A DNA stretch of 64,000 nt from Eledone cirrhosa (GCA_964016885.1 OZ024743.1:109678001-109742000), one strand, 5' to 3'; shown: positions 40,080 through 56,823, counted from the first letter of the stretch. The notes: generated by a model from the sequence alone, not told the origin. Translations and numbers: made by a program.

Positions 40080-43000
40080 GTTACGTGAATAGTTTAATTC
40101 GTCCAGTGTCGCTTAGTACAGCTTTTCAAGTATATCCATTTGTAGTTGCTTCTATTTTTCTAACAATATGGGATACACCTGATTGTATCGTTGCCGTTTA
40201 TGTCACGGAAAACAAAACGCAACTGTAATGTGTCTGGTACAACAAAAATATGTGTGGACAGATTTCTGCTTTAGCCTAAATATTCTATAATCAGCTGCGT
40301 GCCTTTTTTATCACAATCATATGCCATAATGAAATTACAAATGGAAAAATTGTAAATTTGACATGAAAAACCTTTTGAAAATCTGTTTTAAGCGAAACCG
40401 GCCAAACTATATTTTCGATGTAGACAATTATTTTTTGCTGTGTGTTAAACCCGTAGCATTTATCATGTATTTATAATATAATAGACTCATGAAGTGCTCT
40501 CTCCACATCTTTATAAATTTTCCTATAAAACACAATTTGTATAGAGATCCTTAATCTTTCAACATCTTGATTTGTTTCTATCTTTGCGAAATTCTGTGCA
40601 TATAACCTTCTTTATGGATATAAATTGAATATCTCCAACTGAGCGGCTAGATTCACTTTACTGTTATCAGGTACTACAATTCTAATGGTATCAAAGGTGG
40701 TAGTAATTTTTAACATTATTTGGACATCTGATATTGATGAAATTACGATAGATATAGAAATGTTAATGTTAACTGTGTAATAATCGCCAAAAACATTAAA
40801 ATAACTGAATTCCATCATTGAACCTGTTTGTTCGATCCCATTGAGGAGTCATGAAATATATCAAATAAAAAGGTTTCTGATACCAACTGAATATTTAATA
40901 GAGTGAAACGTCTCTTAATTTCCGATTTGGTGTGGAAGAAAACGTTTTTTTTTTCATTAAACGGAAAGATTTATTCATATCTTAACGCCACTGACTTCTG
41001 TTAGTGGCATAAGAAATCACCCAAGGATAAAAAGTGCCATGTCATGTTCTGGATACTTAATCGAAATAAACATATTTGATTAGTTATCTATGCATTCAAT
41101 CATAATAAAATCCTGCTGCTATAGTGGTTGTGAGCAAAGACGTATCGAGTGTATTTCTATGTGATTGTTTCGCTTACGCATATATAACGTCATAATGTAC
41201 TGAGTCAAAAAGCAACAAATTCTAACCAGTTCTCTCTAATCAAAACTCACCGCTTTAAACAATAAAAAAAGATGGTTGGTAAATGTATAAATGTTTGATC
41301 AACAGAACTGGCCGCTATAGAAATTAACGTATCAATGCCTGAGTCTTCTACCAAACCGTGTACTCATAGCGAAATTCTGAAGTGCATTTACCGTGATATA
41401 GTGGCCCATGAGGGGCTTTAAAATACGGCTATATTCATTTCAAAGCGCTTCCAAGCTATTTTTGTCTACACACTTTGACTCAATGGGTATAGGTCAATCC
41501 ATGGTTAGGGTAAATAACACTTGATCATGATGACTCGAATTGGGGTCGAACACAATGTCTAATGATTGCTAAGTGAACTATTTAACCATGCTTCGTCCAC
41601 ATTTTTAAATACACGAAAACATGGGGTAGTTTTGATTTGAATGATTTTTATTATCAGGGTTTCTTTGCAAAGCTACATTATCTCGTTGTGCAATGGCACA
41701 GCATTAATTGAGGAAATTCTGTCGACTCAAATCTTAAAATTATGTTTACTGACAAAGAAACAAAACAGTGACGCGTCTTTTATGTAAAGCTGATTAATCG
41801 TTGTTATATATGATATAAGATCACAATTACAGGCTTTGTAATATGTATGTTCTAATACAGGCACGATGTTAACAATTTGGAACTTCATTTTGTCAACTGA
41901 TGAATGATATAAATACACATTTGACATATACCGGATTTGAACTCAGACGTAACATGCCAGGAAAATTACTGCTAAGCATATGTCTGACTCCCTAAAGATT
42001 CGACCTATCTCCCACCTTATTCATTGTAATTATTTGAACTCGGAATATTATTCCCCTCGATAGCAATCACATATTATTCACGGTACTCGAGCTTCATCAT
42101 TGTCAGAGACGGAAGAATAGCCGCGATATGACTTATAGTTATCTTGTTATGCAAAATAAATAAATAAAAAGTAAAGAATAAGAACTGTGAAAACCAAAAT
42201 ATCAACAAAAACATAATAAATGATTTATTCGATAATATTGACGAATTTTAAAATAATGCTATAGTTTGGCAGTATAAAGACTTTGAAGGGAGAAATCAAT
42301 AAACACAAAAGACATCTGCCGTGCCACTTCTTGCTGTTGGGCGATTATTCGTTGTAGCCCGCGCTTACTTTCTTAAACAACATCCATACAAGTGACATGA
42401 CGATATTTAAGCAAGATGGATGCTAGCTGCTATCAACTTAACACTGTCGTTCACAATATTCGGTTGAAAAATATGTTTTTCTTTAACTTTATTCAATCTC
42501 TTTCTTCCTATGTGATACCTAACAAGGGAGCCACTGATTAATCGTGAATTATGAGGGCTTAGTAGAGAAACGGTTAAAAATCACTTCGCAACGCCATATT
42601 GCTTTTTCACTTGATGAATGGAGTACTGCCTTCAGTTAATCTTAGAATGAATGTTGTGTTTATTTTTACTTGTTATTTTTGTCTTTAGTAATGTTTAATC
42701 GTTTTTTTTTTATATGCATTTGTTTCTGTTTATTTGTCAGGAATAGATTACTTGGTTCTCAAGCTCAACATGAATGGATCAGAAAAAAGGAATTACGCGT
42801 AAGCAAAACGGAATAACTAATGAACTTCTCTGAATATCTTTAGGAAGCTTATTTACAGGAACTTTAAGTCATTAATTATCAGACAATATATGCAGGAGAG
42901 CGTGTGCATCCCTATCTGCATGTCCTTGCGTCCATGTGAATGAGTTTAAACGTGTAGTTGAACATGTGTACGCACTTTTGCATACTACTCTGGTGGTAAA

Positions 43001-43113
43001 ATAATGTTTTAAACGTAAGTGCCCCTCTAGTTATCTGGCAGCATTTCTGACTTAAATGTACACAAATGTCCAATATTCTATGCTACGTCTTATGAATGCA
43101 ATCAACGCCCCCC

Positions 43114-43226
<113 letters not shown>

Positions 43227-43286
43227 ATATATTCAGCTAGATACATATATATGCGGCTGTGTTTGTGTGTGTATCAAAATAAAAAG

Positions 43287-43317
<31 letters not shown>

Positions 43318-43320
43318 CAC

Positions 43321-43413
<93 letters not shown>

Positions 43414-43910
43414 TATCGAACATAATGATAGTAGAAATTACGAGAATATTTCATCTTAATGGCATAAAGAAAAGTAAAAGATATAACTAAATGCTGCATC
43501 ATAAAGCTTTAAAATAATTCACATATATCAAAGTAAAATTTATAACGTATATGAAGTAATATATTATGGTTACATTTTTGAAAATACAACAAATCAATAA
43601 AATAACGAATGTTTATTTACTGTTAATTTCAGCTATAAACATATATCAATTATCAACTATATTTTATTATATAATCACTTATATTTGTTTCATAGCGTCT
43701 TGAATGTCTAGGAAGTCGATTGTGAAGCTTCAGTGAAATTCTTAGAATATAGATTCAGCTTTGCCGACTATATGGAAAAATCAACGCTCGAATCAACAAC
43801 AGCAAAGACAAAACAGCAGCAAGCTTCACCACCATCATATCCGCCACCACCTTCAACAACACCCGCATTGCCAGCCGAAACCGAACTCAACATCCAATAA
43901 AATATTTGTC

Positions 43911-43942
<32 letters not shown>

Positions 43943-43954
43943 CATACATACATT

Positions 43955-43991
<37 letters not shown>

Positions 43992-44131
43992 TACATAATA
44001 AACAAGACAAGACAATTATATTGTGTCGTTTATTATGTACTGTAATAGCCCTGTACAATACACAGAACACTCATCTTTCCTTTACTTTTTCTATGGAAAT
44101 AATTGACACACACATGCACACACACACACTC

Positions 44132-44239
<108 letters not shown>

Positions 44240-45770
44240 GCAAAAGGTCTTACTGTTGATATATTACACAAATAGCCTTTACATGTTCATTTGCCTAGCT
44301 AGAAATAGCAAAGACATCTATTTAATTCCATATAGCCCATCCTCCTCAAATGGTTAAGATAACGAATTAGGCAATGTGATCTTAATAATATTTTAAAATA
44401 TGAGATGGTGATGATCGACATTTTTTAAAATTATGTTTTGTTAATTAGACCTGACCGATTGCTAGACACTAGTAACAAATAAATCTAAAATGAAGTAGAG
44501 AAACGAAAAAATGTCGTAATCTCTATGTAGTTGGTACACCTGCTGGAGAGAAAAACTGCAGAAACCCCAAAATACATTAAAACATGTAAACATAAACAGA
44601 ATTGCTTTGAATCAACTAAGGCAAAATCTTTAGAATTAGCTTTTGACGCATGCAAGCAAGAAGAAAATAAACTACAACATTCGCAACAAGAAAAACTAAA
44701 CACAGACGAAGACGCATAGGGAAACTGCATTAGATAATGGAAATATGGATTTATTACATAACTTAGGGCTCATAATCCTGACTAAAGAATTAGAATGGCA
44801 AAATAGGATGCTATGCACATACGTTATATTTATGATCTTAGATATTTATGTTTGAATCTATTGTTTGGGCCTTGTTTTGTTGTTTTTAAGACCAGGATAA
44901 TCTCAGGGCAAGGAGACCTATTCTCGAAAGTCGTTCCGCTGTGATCATTTGTGTTTTTGTGTGTTTTTTTGTTGTTGTGAATATACGACAACATAAGTCA
45001 AGAGAAATGCGCGAAATTTACGTCATAAACAACCTTTTATTACTATATTATTTGACCCTCTAAGACAATCGGCTTGCAATAAAAAGTGGCTACTCTTTAT
45101 AGAATGGGCATCTGTATTGAATCGTATATTTGTAGAACGTTGTTCCTTGAGCAAACCATAATGAGCAAATGTAGCTATGGTCATTCGTTATTATAGAAGA
45201 AACTAGATCTATATATATATTTTCAGCTAGTGTATTTAATTTCAAATTCACAATTGGGGATTACTTATATCATTATGTAATTTCACGTTCAATATTGACC
45301 ATAAAACATTCCAAATATATATATTTTATATATTAAATATACACTCCCAGAATTCATTTCAAGTTGTTTTAACAAACTAATAGGATTATCAATTGAATAT
45401 CAGTTACAGCGGATCATCGTTGGGAAACACGCAGAAACACACGTTGTCATATTTACTGAAAAACAGACACAGAAACGGATCCGAACTCATACAATTATAC
45501 ACAACGAAGCGCAGACAACCTGATTCATACATCCACATAGGTAAGTATATATGTATAAATGTATGTAAATATGTATGTATGCGCGTTTGTGTGTGTGTGT
45601 ATTTATGTACGTATGTATGTATGCGCGTATGTATGTATGTTGATTTATCGATTTGTGCATGTTATTTTTTTATGTATCTATAGATATACATATATTTGTA
45701 TATGAGCATGTGTATTCAGTCTCTTTCTCCTCCAGTCTTTATTTCTTTATCTCTCTCTCTCTCTCTCTCC

Positions 45771-45829
<59 letters not shown>

Positions 45830-45905
45830 CCTCTCTCTCTCTCTCTCTCAATCTCTCTCTCTCTATCTCTCTCTCTCTCTCGCTCTCTCTCTCTATTTAT
45901 ATATA

Positions 45906-45972
<67 letters not shown>

Positions 45973-46492
45973 TATATATTTAAATATACATATACACACA
46001 TATGTTGACACGCATACATATTTACGTAAAAACATACATACCCACATATATATATAATATGTGTGTGTGTGTATATATATAAATATGTATATAAATATTC
46101 GAATGTAAATATGCTACTACTAAAGTAGCACGAACAATAAATTACGTACCAACTCGTCCTATACTTTTCCCTTTTACTTTTTAAATAAATCTCTATATTT
46201 TAGCAGATATAATACGAACGAAGTTATTTAATGTACAGACAATCATGTTGATGCATGCACACAGACACGCTGTGAAGTTGTGTAAACTGATGCATAATAA
46301 AATAGATGCAAACCCAATAAGTTCAAACAAACACTGCCACTGAGATTCGTTTCGAAATGAAATAAATTTGCGAAAAGAAGGTTTAATATGAAAGACACAC
46401 CGGAAAAACATTTTTCCATTTAATTTTCAATTTTAATGTAATTTCGATGTTCTTTCCGTCTTATTTTTATTTGTAATATTCTCCCTATCTTT

Positions 46493-46494
<2 letters not shown>

Positions 46495-46577
<83 letters not shown>

Positions 46578-46670
46578 CAACTATCTATCTATCTATGTAT
46601 GTATCTATCTATCAATTCATTTCATATGTCCATCTCACTCTGTGTATCTCTCTCTCTCTCTCTCTCCCTT

Positions 46671-46739
<69 letters not shown>

Positions 46740-46790
46740 CTCGCTCTCTCTCTATCTCTATCTATCTAGTTTATTTATCTATCTAACTAT
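46495..46790. repeat. (CTAT)n and (CT)n microsatellites
   Basis: Direct reading. Confidence 0.9.
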
Positions 46791-46892
46791 ATATATATAT
46801 ATCTAAATTCGTATCTTTACGTTTCACTTTCTTTATAGATAGACTTAAAAGTATCACCATATATGTCTATCTCACTGTGTTTATATATATTT

Positions 46893-46968
<76 letters not shown>

Positions 46969-48156
46969 ATATACAAACACACACAGACACGCACATACAC
47001 ACACATATATATATGTGGGAGGGGGTGATGGAGTAGGGGTACATGTTTACGTGTTTGTGTATCTCAGTCAATGTGTGATTATTTTTCTCGCGTTTATGTC
47101 TGTGTGTTTATATTTAAACATATACGCGCTGTCTTGTGTATAATTATTACAGAACTTCAAAATCGAATGAAAATCTTATTGATATTAAATAACGAAAGAA
47201 AAAATAAACAAAATATAAATCTTATTTTATATTGAAATAAATTGATACATTATATTTTACCTCCACGCTGAGGTATCTCCCCTTATTAATTTTTCGTTTG
47301 ATTTAAATTAAATTGTCTAAAAGTGTAAAGTGTAAATATGTCAATGCATTTAGGAAAATATAAAAATGTTCTATGTAAAACATACATCAATATTCAAATA
47401 AAATCCTCTATGTACATGCTTGCATGAAAGAAAACCTAATATAGTTTCTATGGTTTAAAGTATATGGATTTATATTTTTTAATACTACAAAATTGACTTG
47501 AAGATAAATTTAGTTCATAGGACTGTATTAGAAAAAGAGGATATCATTTATATATGCATATCCTGTAGACGTGATATCGTGATATAAATATCTTTAAATA
47601 CATATAAACAATCACAGCAAAATTTTCTATGAATATATATAGGAAAAGAGTCAGGAACCCGAAGGGTGAATTCCGGCCGTTTCGGTTCAACTGGTATCTT
47701 CCGACAACACTGTTTGTATATATACACATATATCGACAGTAGATAGACTTTCGTTAATTCGGACCGAGGAAACAATCTTTCCGTGGGTCTTTCCAATTAC
47801 TAATACTATTTATCGGTCGCAACTCCAGGTAGAAGGAGCAACGTGAAATAACGTGTCTTGCTCAAGGACAAAACAGATTGCGATTGCCCTACCCATGAAT
47901 CGAACTTACAACACCACGATTGTGAATCCAATTCTCTATTCACTCGGACATGTATACAGACGTACAGTAGCATGCACATATATATATATATATATATACA
48001 TATGCATACAGGTACACATACATATATGCACGTATCAGTTTAGCAGCGCTTATTATAACGTCGCTTTGTTCGTTTGTAAACAAACTGAACAGCCTGAATT
48101 TATGCCATACGGTGTTAAGGCAACCACGTCACCTTTTTGTTCAACACTGACACAGG

Positions 48157-48201
48157 AACGATGTACTAGTTTCAAGCTTGTTAGCTATCATCAGCACCGT
48201 T
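48157..48201 (-). ncRNA. Minimal type-I hammerhead ribozyme (family G)
   Basis: aacggtg-CTGATGA-t agct aaca agct t-GAAA-ctag-TA-catcgtt. Confidence 0.85.
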
Positions 48202-48620
48202 TACCCATCTGCCAGATAGTTGAACGTTCGAAAGTATATACTTTCCTTATGCAAATTAACGGCTGAGCAGCCTAATTTGCATATTGAGTGAGTTAAATCG
48301 GTCAGGCATACCGAAAACGATAAATTGAAACGAAATGAAAACGAAATTTCATTTCTCACTCTTAGTATGGCACTTACTTAAATGTAAGTATGCATGTATA
48401 CGTACATACATATATGAATACAGACGTACAGTAGCATGCACATATATATATATATACATATATATATACATACAGGTACACATACATATATGCACGTATC
48501 AGTTTAGCAGCGCTTATTATAACGTCGCTTTGTTCGTTTGTAAACAAACTGAACAGCCTGAATTTATGCCATACGGTGTTAAGGCAACCACGTCACCTTT
48601 TTGTTCAACACTGACACAGG

Positions 48621-48665
48621 AACGATGTACTAGTTTCAAGCTTGTTAGCTATCATCAGCACCGTT
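48621..48665 (-). ncRNA. Minimal type-I hammerhead ribozyme (family G)
   Basis: Identical to 48157-48201. Confidence 0.85.
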
Positions 48666-49096
48666 TACCCATCTGCCAGATAGTTGAACGTTCGAAAGTA
48701 TATACTTTCCTTATGAAAATTAACGGCTGAGCAGCCTAATTTGCATATTGAGTGAGTTAAATCGGTCAGGCATACCGAAAACGATAAATTGATACAAAAT
48801 GAAAACGAAATTTCATTTCTCACTCTTAGTATGGCACTTACTTAAATGTAAGTATGCATGTATACGTACATATATATATGTATACAGACGTACAGTAGCA
48901 TGCACATATATATATATATATATATACATATATATATACATATGCATACAGGTACACATACATATATGCACGTATCAGTTTAGCAGCGCTTATTATAACG
49001 TCGCTTTGTTCGTTTGTAAACAAACTGAACAGCCTGAATTTATGCCATACGGTGTTAAGGCAACCACGTCACCTTTTTGTTCAACACTGACACAGG

Positions 49097-49141
49097 AACG
49101 ATGTACTAGTTTCAAGCTTGTTAGCTATCATCAGCACCGTT
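49097..49141 (-). ncRNA. Minimal type-I hammerhead ribozyme (family G)
   Basis: Identical to 48157-48201. Confidence 0.85.
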
Positions 49142-49365
49142 TACCCATCTGCCAGATAGTTGAACGTTCGTTGATAGTTGAACGATAGTTGAAACTAGTA
49201 CATCGTTCCTGTGTCAGTGTTGAACAAAAAGGTGACGTGGTTGCCTTAACACCGTATGGCATAAATTCAGGCTGTTCAGTTTGTTTACAAACGAACAAAG
49301 CGACGTCATAATAAGCGCTGCTAAACTGATACGTGCATATATGTATGTGTACCTGTATGCATATG

Positions 49366-49397
<32 letters not shown>

Positions 49398-49518
49398 TAT
49401 ATGTGCATGCTACTGTACGTCTGTATACATATATGTATGTACGTATACATGCATACTTACATTTAAGTAAGTGCCATACTAAGAGTGAGAAATGAAATTT
49501 CGTTTTCATCTTGTTTCA

Positions 49519-50718
<1,200 letters not shown>

Positions 50719-51565
50719 TTATAATCCCTCCGATAAGTCGTTCGAGCTGCGACGAGTCCACCCCACGACTTTACCATTTCACAAACGCACGCAATTGACG
50801 TCGCAGGTCGATGAACAAACAGAAGCACAATTTAGTATAGCTAGATCCGTATAGTATAACTATATATATATATATATATAATAAAGTATATATTTTGATT
50901 ATGAGAATATTTTTCATTTGTTAATATTTTGAATAATATATATATATATAATAAGTTGACGGACCCGACCTATTTAACAATGCCATATATATAAACAAAA
51001 ATTGAAAAGCATTTCGCCATTATATTTCGCTAGTATTTTATTCACCAAGGGTCATCTATTGAAATAGAACCGGTACGAGGGCACATTCACAAGCCCTTTC
51101 TAAAACACACATTAAACACCCATGAACATTATTTCTAGGGGACAGATCTGACCATCACATTCTGCACCCAAACCCCCAACACCTGCCGATCAATCAATCG
51201 TCTCTATTTCACCATTCACTATTTTCTTTCAGAACCTGTGTATATATATATGCTTTAATTCCATTACAACAGCAGAGATCTGACGGGCATGTGATTCCAG
51301 AGTCGCGCCGCATCGATCCAGATCGAACCTTGAGCTGATAAATAGCGCAACGTGCGTTGCCAAGCAATACACGTTATGAAGGTTTAACACTATCAAACAT
51401 AATATCTGGGCTCGGAAACAATATCTGATAGCATACTGATCTCTAACTGCAGGAGATCAGTCAATATAAGAATATGATCAAACATCCGAAAGGATTGTAA
51501 ATCAATGAAGGAAATATGTAAAGTAAATTTCCTTTTTTTTAATTATTACCATTGTTTAAATAATA

Positions 51566-51611
<46 letters not shown>

Positions 51612-51613
<2 letters not shown>

Positions 51614-51880
51614 TTTGCTTTGGCCCCACTTGGTCACAAATGATCATGGTTTTGAACCTAGAAAGTTCCCCTCCGAGGTACAAGCGTGCGCAAGGCTTGT
51701 CTTGTGGAAGAACACCAGCCACCCATGCACACCAGTCTCCCATCTCCATGCCACTGATGTTGTTCAAGGGAATGGCACAGACCGATAGGACTTGGCACCA
51801 GTGAAGTCGCAACTTATTTCTACAGCTGAGTAAACTGGAGCAATGTGAAATAAAGTGTCTTGCCCATGGACACTACACAT
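51612..51880 (-). mobile_element. SINE-like element (second family; relatives at ~47760-47948 and ~41310-41600)
   Basis: Shares actggagcaatgtgaaataaagtgtcttgc with 57470-57770. Confidence 0.6.
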
Positions 51881-51897
51881 CACCCGATCAGAGTATA

Positions 51898-51938
<41 letters not shown>

Positions 51939-52011
51939 CGGTTTCAACACACGTTTTCAGATAAAGAATCTTGCTAAACAAATTCAGAAACGATATATAT
52001 ATATATATATA

Positions 52012-52757
52012 TCGTTTCTGAATTTGTTTAGCAAGATTCTTTATCTGAAAACATGTGTTGGAACCGATATTATTATACTTTGGCAGGGTCATGTTGCCAA
52101 TAAGAAACACACGCACCAATTGCTTTCACTTCAATTTATTATAAATAAAATTCATAAATTTAGGAATATATAAATTTCCGGTTGGTTGGTTGGTTTCTCA
52201 ACCAGACGATTGTTCATATATTGTCAAAGTTCTTTCGTCACACATGCTGTGACCTCTTCAGTGACTGGGTATTCTTTTCTTTGTTTTTCTGCCTCTCCTT
52301 TGTTCTGTCCTACGCCATCTTGTGTTTGTGTGTGTTGTGTGCTTAGTTAGCGCATGTGTTACATCTGGGTGTCTGTGTGTTTTTATATTTGTTTATTTAT
52401 TTGTTTATCTACATGTTACTGGTTGGCTGTTTGTTCTATGTGTGTGTGTGTGTTTCATTTTGTCCTTAATTGTAAGTTGTGATGAACACTAGCGAGAGCT
52501 TAAATATAGTAAAGAATCATCTGTACTCTACCAACATGCTAACATAGAACATAAGGGTAAATTAAAGAACATAGAAATAAAAATAGAATCTACACACAGA
52601 AAAGACGCAATGTTTAGACAAATCACAGAGGCAATAAACATAAATGAACTCCAACCAAAATTAAATAGAAAGCATGAATGGAATAGCAACATGACAACTT
52701 ACAATTAAGGACAAAATGAAAACACGAACACACACAGAACAAACAACCAACCAGCAG
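52012..52757. mobile_element. PLE family X: pLTR on minus (52012-52480) and inverted GIY-YIG C-terminus on plus (52481-52757)
   Basis: 52481-52708 translates as DEH*RELK..SVLYQHANIEH...RQITEAININELQPKLNRKHEW; inverted arms either side of 52480. Confidence 0.78.
52223..52265 (-). ncRNA. Atypical minimal hammerhead motif (family X)
   Basis: gtca-CTGAAGA-g-gtcaca gcatg tgtgac-GAAA-gaac-TT-tgac. The homologue at 56966-57008 has GAAA>AAAA. Confidence 0.62.
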
Positions 52758-53749
52758 TTTTGAATCAACATATGAAAAGTAGTTTTAGATTGATGTGTGA
52801 TATTGGGAAAAACAAATTTTTGAGGGGGGGGGGGTTGGAAAGGATGAAAAAGAGGAGGGGATCTGAGTAAAAAGTGGAGGGGAGGAGTATAATGAGGAAG
52901 GATGAGATAGGAGGAGAGATGGGTGATAGAGAGAGAGAGATAGCTTTTATAACTGAGAAAAATGTATTATTTTACATAGAGAGGTTGAAAAACCGTTGGA
53001 AGATAATGTATAAATTAAAAGAATTTGAAAATTAACAAAGAGAAAAATAATGTAAAGTTAAGGTTTGTATATTGAAGGGTTTAATAATATGTGCGATGAA
53101 AAGAAAATGTTAATATGTATTAAGAATAATATTTAAGGGTTTAATAATATGTGCGATGGAAAGAAAATGTTAATATGTATTAAGAATAATATTTAAGGGT
53201 TTAATAATATATGCGATGGAAAGAAAATGTTGATATGTATTATTAAAAAAAACAAAAGTAATGTAAGTAAGGATATATTGTGAGATGAGCATGAATAAGT
53301 TAGATGAAAGGGAGAAAAAAATAATGAATTGAGGATGAATAATCTAAAGTAAAAAAAATGTGTTTATGTTTACGAAGGATTTTTTCAAGGTGATATAAGG
53401 TAAGAATATATTGTATTGTGTAATAATATTTTCTATGTTAGGCACAGTGAAAAAAGGTACAGATTAGGGGTTAGAAATTAAAAGAAAAAAGAAAAGAAAA
53501 GGAAAAGGAAGAAAGGGAAGTGATAAATAGGAGTGATATAGAATGAGTAATAAGTATTATATAATGTATAATAAATAACTTTGAAATAAGGTAGAAAGAT
53601 GGGTATATTTTTAAAGAAGTATATATATGTGCCTTTGAGAAAAGGATTCTAAATTGATAAAGTATTGGATATTAGCTGTATACTTTGTGGAATGTTCTGT
53701 GGAATTTATGCAAGCAGAGAGAAAACAAGTCAGTGCGTCTATTTATTAT

Positions 53750-54250
53750 TTAAACTAAATTAGATATAATGGTAAATTTTTCATTTAGACAGAGATTGCA
53801 AGTCTTGGATAGAGAACTGTTCAAGTATGGAGAAGCAGAAGAAACCTTTTTCCAAGAGATGTTATATTTAATATTTTTGTCTTTCAAGGACCATATGAGT
53901 TCTGAGAGAGCCGTGTTGGTTCTTTTAAGTTGGTATTTAAAAGACGAATCATGATTATAAAGACGAGCTTTAAAGGAGGTGGAAGTGGAGCCAAAATAGG
54001 TGACGGAATTGGTGTCAGTTATAACTTTACATTCGTAGATTAAGTGTTTATCAAGACAATGGTTGTTGAGAGGACATTTATTTTTAACAGGGCAATTGCA
54101 ATTGCGATTAGAGATATTATTAACGAGTGACCTAGTGTTATCTATAGAAGGAATTGGATTGGAGAAGTTATTTGCGATAGGAATAATAGTTTCTTGATTT
54201 AGAATGGGATTAAGAACATTTAGCGAAGTTGGGTTTGACGTTGTACACAA
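53750..54250 (-). pseudogene. PLE GIY-YIG endonuclease fragment
   Basis: CNCPVKNKCPLNNHCL..LIYECKV..YFGSTSTSFKARLYNH..CNLCLNEK. Confidence 0.88.
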
Positions 54251-54893
54251 TTATTACACAATACAATATATTCTTACCTTATATCACCTTGAAAAAATCC
54301 TTCGTAAACATAAACACATTTTTTTTACTTTAGATTATTCATCCTCAATTCATTATTTTTTCTCCCTTTCATCTAACTTATTCATGCTCATCTCACAATA
54401 TATCCTTACTTACATTACTTTTGTTTTTTTTAATAATACATATCAACATTTTCTTTCCATCGCACATATTATTAAACCCTTAAATATTATTCTTAATACA
54501 TATTAACATTTTCTTTTCATCGCACATATTATTAAACCCTTCAATATACAAACCTTAACTTTACATTATTTTTCTCTTCGTTCATTTTCAAATTCTTTTA
54601 ATTTATACATTATCTTCCAACGGTTTTTCAACCTCTCTATGTAAAACAATATATTTTTCTCAGTTATAAAAGCTATCTCTCTCTCTCTATCACCCATCTC
54701 TCCTCCTATCTCATCCTTCCTCATTATACTCCTCCCCCTCCACTTTTTACTCTCATCTCCTCCTCTTCCCCCCCCCCTCACAGAACATTTTTTTTTACCA
54801 ATATCACACATCAATCTAAAACTACTTTTCATATGTTGATTCAAAACTGCACTATTCACAAGTGTTTTTTAACCTTCATATCATGTCTTCCTA

Positions 54894-54960
54894 TTTTATC
54901 TGATGAAAACACAAATATTATTGCATGATGATATTTGTTTTTGAAATACGCATAATAAAA
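54894..54960 (+). ncRNA. Type-I hammerhead motif (family B)
   Basis: ttttat-CTGATGA-aaac acaaatat/atatttgt tttt-GAAA-tacgca-TA-ataaaa. Confidence 0.82.
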
Positions 54961-55000
54961 TACATGGAATGCTTTTAACCATCTTTTGATCTTATATATC

Positions 55001-55658
<658 letters not shown>

Positions 55659-55955
55659 ATATATATAATATATATATATATAGTTATACTCATGTACACC
55701 ATGAATATCAGTTCCCATTTCCTTCTGAATGAATTCTTAATATTCGGTAAATACATATATGTATGGAAATATAATATACACGCGTATTGATTTTGCTATA
55801 ATTATATATTGAGACAAACATTTGTAGTTATGTATGAAAGGAAACGATGTGCGTGTCAATAGAATCAGTATAAACGAAACAAATTTTCTGCAATATTCAT
55901 GATATTTATTAGGATAAATTTATTGAAGTAGTGAAAGTAGTGAAAGAATATCATC

Positions 55956-56011
<56 letters not shown>

Positions 56012-56065
56012 TGTGTGTGTGTATATGTGTGTGTGTATGTATATGTATATATACATACATATATG

Positions 56066-56105
<40 letters not shown>

Positions 56106-56196
56106 TGTATATATGTATAAACGTATATATATATATATATATATATGTTTATATATATATATATATACACATACACACACACACACATACATACAT

Positions 56197-56260
<64 letters not shown>

Positions 56261-56509
56261 ATGTATGTGTGTGTATGTGTGTATTTTGAGCGAGAAAGAG
56301 AATATCAAGAAAGAGAGAGTGTGTTGAAATAGAAAAAGGTAATTCAATAGATAGATAATAAGATTTGTACATATGTTTTCTATGTATCATCTTCATGTAC
56401 ATAATGTTATGATGTATTCATCGTTTTACCTACATGCATACATATTTAGCTTAAAACATGCATTCGTTCATGCATTCCCGCCTTTCTCAGAAACACACTC
56501 ACACAAACA

Positions 56510-56544
<35 letters not shown>

Positions 56545-56739
56545 CAACAAGTGTGAATATCTTTACTTGTGTACTATAGTAATTAAATTGTAATTCTCTG
56601 AAGTTTTAAAACACCGTTTATCACTTGGATCTAAAATTAGAATTACATCTAAATATACATCTTGATACGCTGTGAAAGAGGTAGGCTCCAGATTCAAGTC
56701 ATAAAACACGTTATAATATATATTAACCGATGTGTAGTA

Positions 56740-56819
<80 letters not shown>

Positions 56820-56823
<4 letters not shown>

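Larger units (their letters stand above)
47950..49523 (-). repeat. Tandem array of ~464-476 bp HHR-containing units plus an inverted partial unit (retrozyme-like, family G)
   Basis: Unit landmark tacagacgtacagtagc at 47955, 48419 and 48883; inverted copy at 49189-49523. Confidence 0.88.
52758..54997 (-). mobile_element. PLE family B with inverted pLTR (54246-54997)
   Basis: GIY-YIG ORF at 53750..54250; 54246-54850 is the reverse complement of ~52758-53425. Confidence 0.88.

Noticed and set aside
44531-44719. 62-aa charged ORF
   Set aside because: Short, non-ATG start, no recognisable motif or splice support.
45400-45546. Exon ending at AG|GTAAGT
   Set aside because: Isolated donor consensus with no supporting ORF or partner exon.
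47650-47715. GAAACGG half-motif on the minus strand resembling family E
   Set aside because: Too short and diverged; no 5' core.
47950-49170. CRISPR-like array
   Set aside because: Units are ~470 bp near-identical repeats with no unique spacers or cas genes; eukaryotic context.
47853-49188. Three repeated ~130-aa ORFs as a tandem gene family
   Set aside because: They run through TA microsatellite, have no recognisable domain and are antisense to the HHR; better explained as a non-coding repeat.
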